Assembly (NCBI RefSeq): GCF_009914755.1
Contig: NC_060930.1
Origin: the human T2T-CHM13v2.0 reference genome, Homo sapiens
Strand: one strand, 5' to 3'
DNA: 64,000 nucleotides
The notes under the pieces were generated by a model. That model did no database searches. It saw only the letters and a list, made by a program, of their open reading frames with translations, and was not told the DNA's origin. Positions 62,901 through 64,000 of this stretch are shown piece by piece (within the stretch, counting starts at the first letter, position 1; every line of letters begins with the position of its first letter). The position numbers and the translations under genes are program-made.

Positions 62901-63028
62901 CAGTGAGTCCCAGCTACTTCTCCGTGATGCTCCTCTCACCACAGATACTCCTGAGAGATTGGATCAATGAGTCCCAGCTACTTCCCTGTGATGCTCCTCC
63001 CACCGCAGATACTCCTGAGAGATTGGAT
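62901..63028. repeat. Tandem duplication, 2 x 64 bp
   Basis: 62901-62964 versus 62965-63028, 5 substitutions. Confidence 0.95.
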
Positions 63029-63262
63029 TGTGTTCCGGAGGGGAGTGGGAATAATGGACAGAGGAGAGAGAAGAGAAAGGGAAAAGAGAGAAGGAGAGAG
63101 GTCTGAAGCCAGCAACCCAGCGGGGTAAGGCAGAAAGTGGGAGCACAGAAGGGAAGACAGAGGGGGCTCCCCACCCGGCAGGAGACGACCCGGCATGCTT
63201 AAAGTAGAATGCAAAACACAAGTTTTGCATTGTTTAAAAGGAATATTGTGAAAGAAAAAGGA

Positions 63263-63540
63263 GGCCGGGTGTGGTGGCTCATGCCTGTAATCCCAGTTCC
63301 TTGGGAAGCCGAGGCGGGTGGATCGCTTGAGCTTGGGAGTTTGAGACCAGCCTGGGCAATACGGTGAAACCCTGTCTCTACAAAAAACACAAAAATTAGC
63401 CAGGCATGGGGGCACGTGCCTGTAATCCCAGCTACTCCGGAGGCTGAGGTGGGAGGATCAACTGATCCTAGGAGGTCAAGGATACAGTGAGCTGAGATTG
63501 AGCCACTGTACTCCAGCCTGGGTGATAGAGCCAGACCCTG

Positions 63541-63542
<2 letters not shown>
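63263..63542 (+). mobile_element. AluJ-like, tailless
   Basis: gggcaatacgg, gaggtgggaggatca, agccagaccctgtc. Confidence 0.92.

Positions 63543-64000
<458 letters not shown>

Overview
Primate (most likely human) genomic DNA that appears intergenic or deep intronic. I found no convincing intact protein-coding exon, tRNA, rRNA or CRISPR array. Interspersed repeats dominate: about 30 Alu elements and monomers, a 1.3-kb 5'-truncated L1PA, older L1M/HAL1/L2/MIR fragments, MaLR/ERV solo LTRs and MER DNA-transposon relics. The only gene-derived feature is a disabled BTF3 processed pseudogene on the minus strand (about 29895-30741). The long ORFs in the supplied track come from L1, Alu or low-complexity repeats. 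The most interesting structures are a near-perfect 79-nt hairpin at 61748-61826 whose mismatches are all G:U-compatible on the + strand, an inverted duplication (796-972 / 2816-3009) spanning an LTR junction and enclosing an inverted Alu pair, a composite pseudogene+Alu+extra-sequence insertion splitting a MIR, and repeat arrays born inside retroelements. I cannot support a new biological system. Repeat subfamily names are from recall of consensus sequences, and boundaries are read by eye; both need RepeatMasker/Dfam confirmation.
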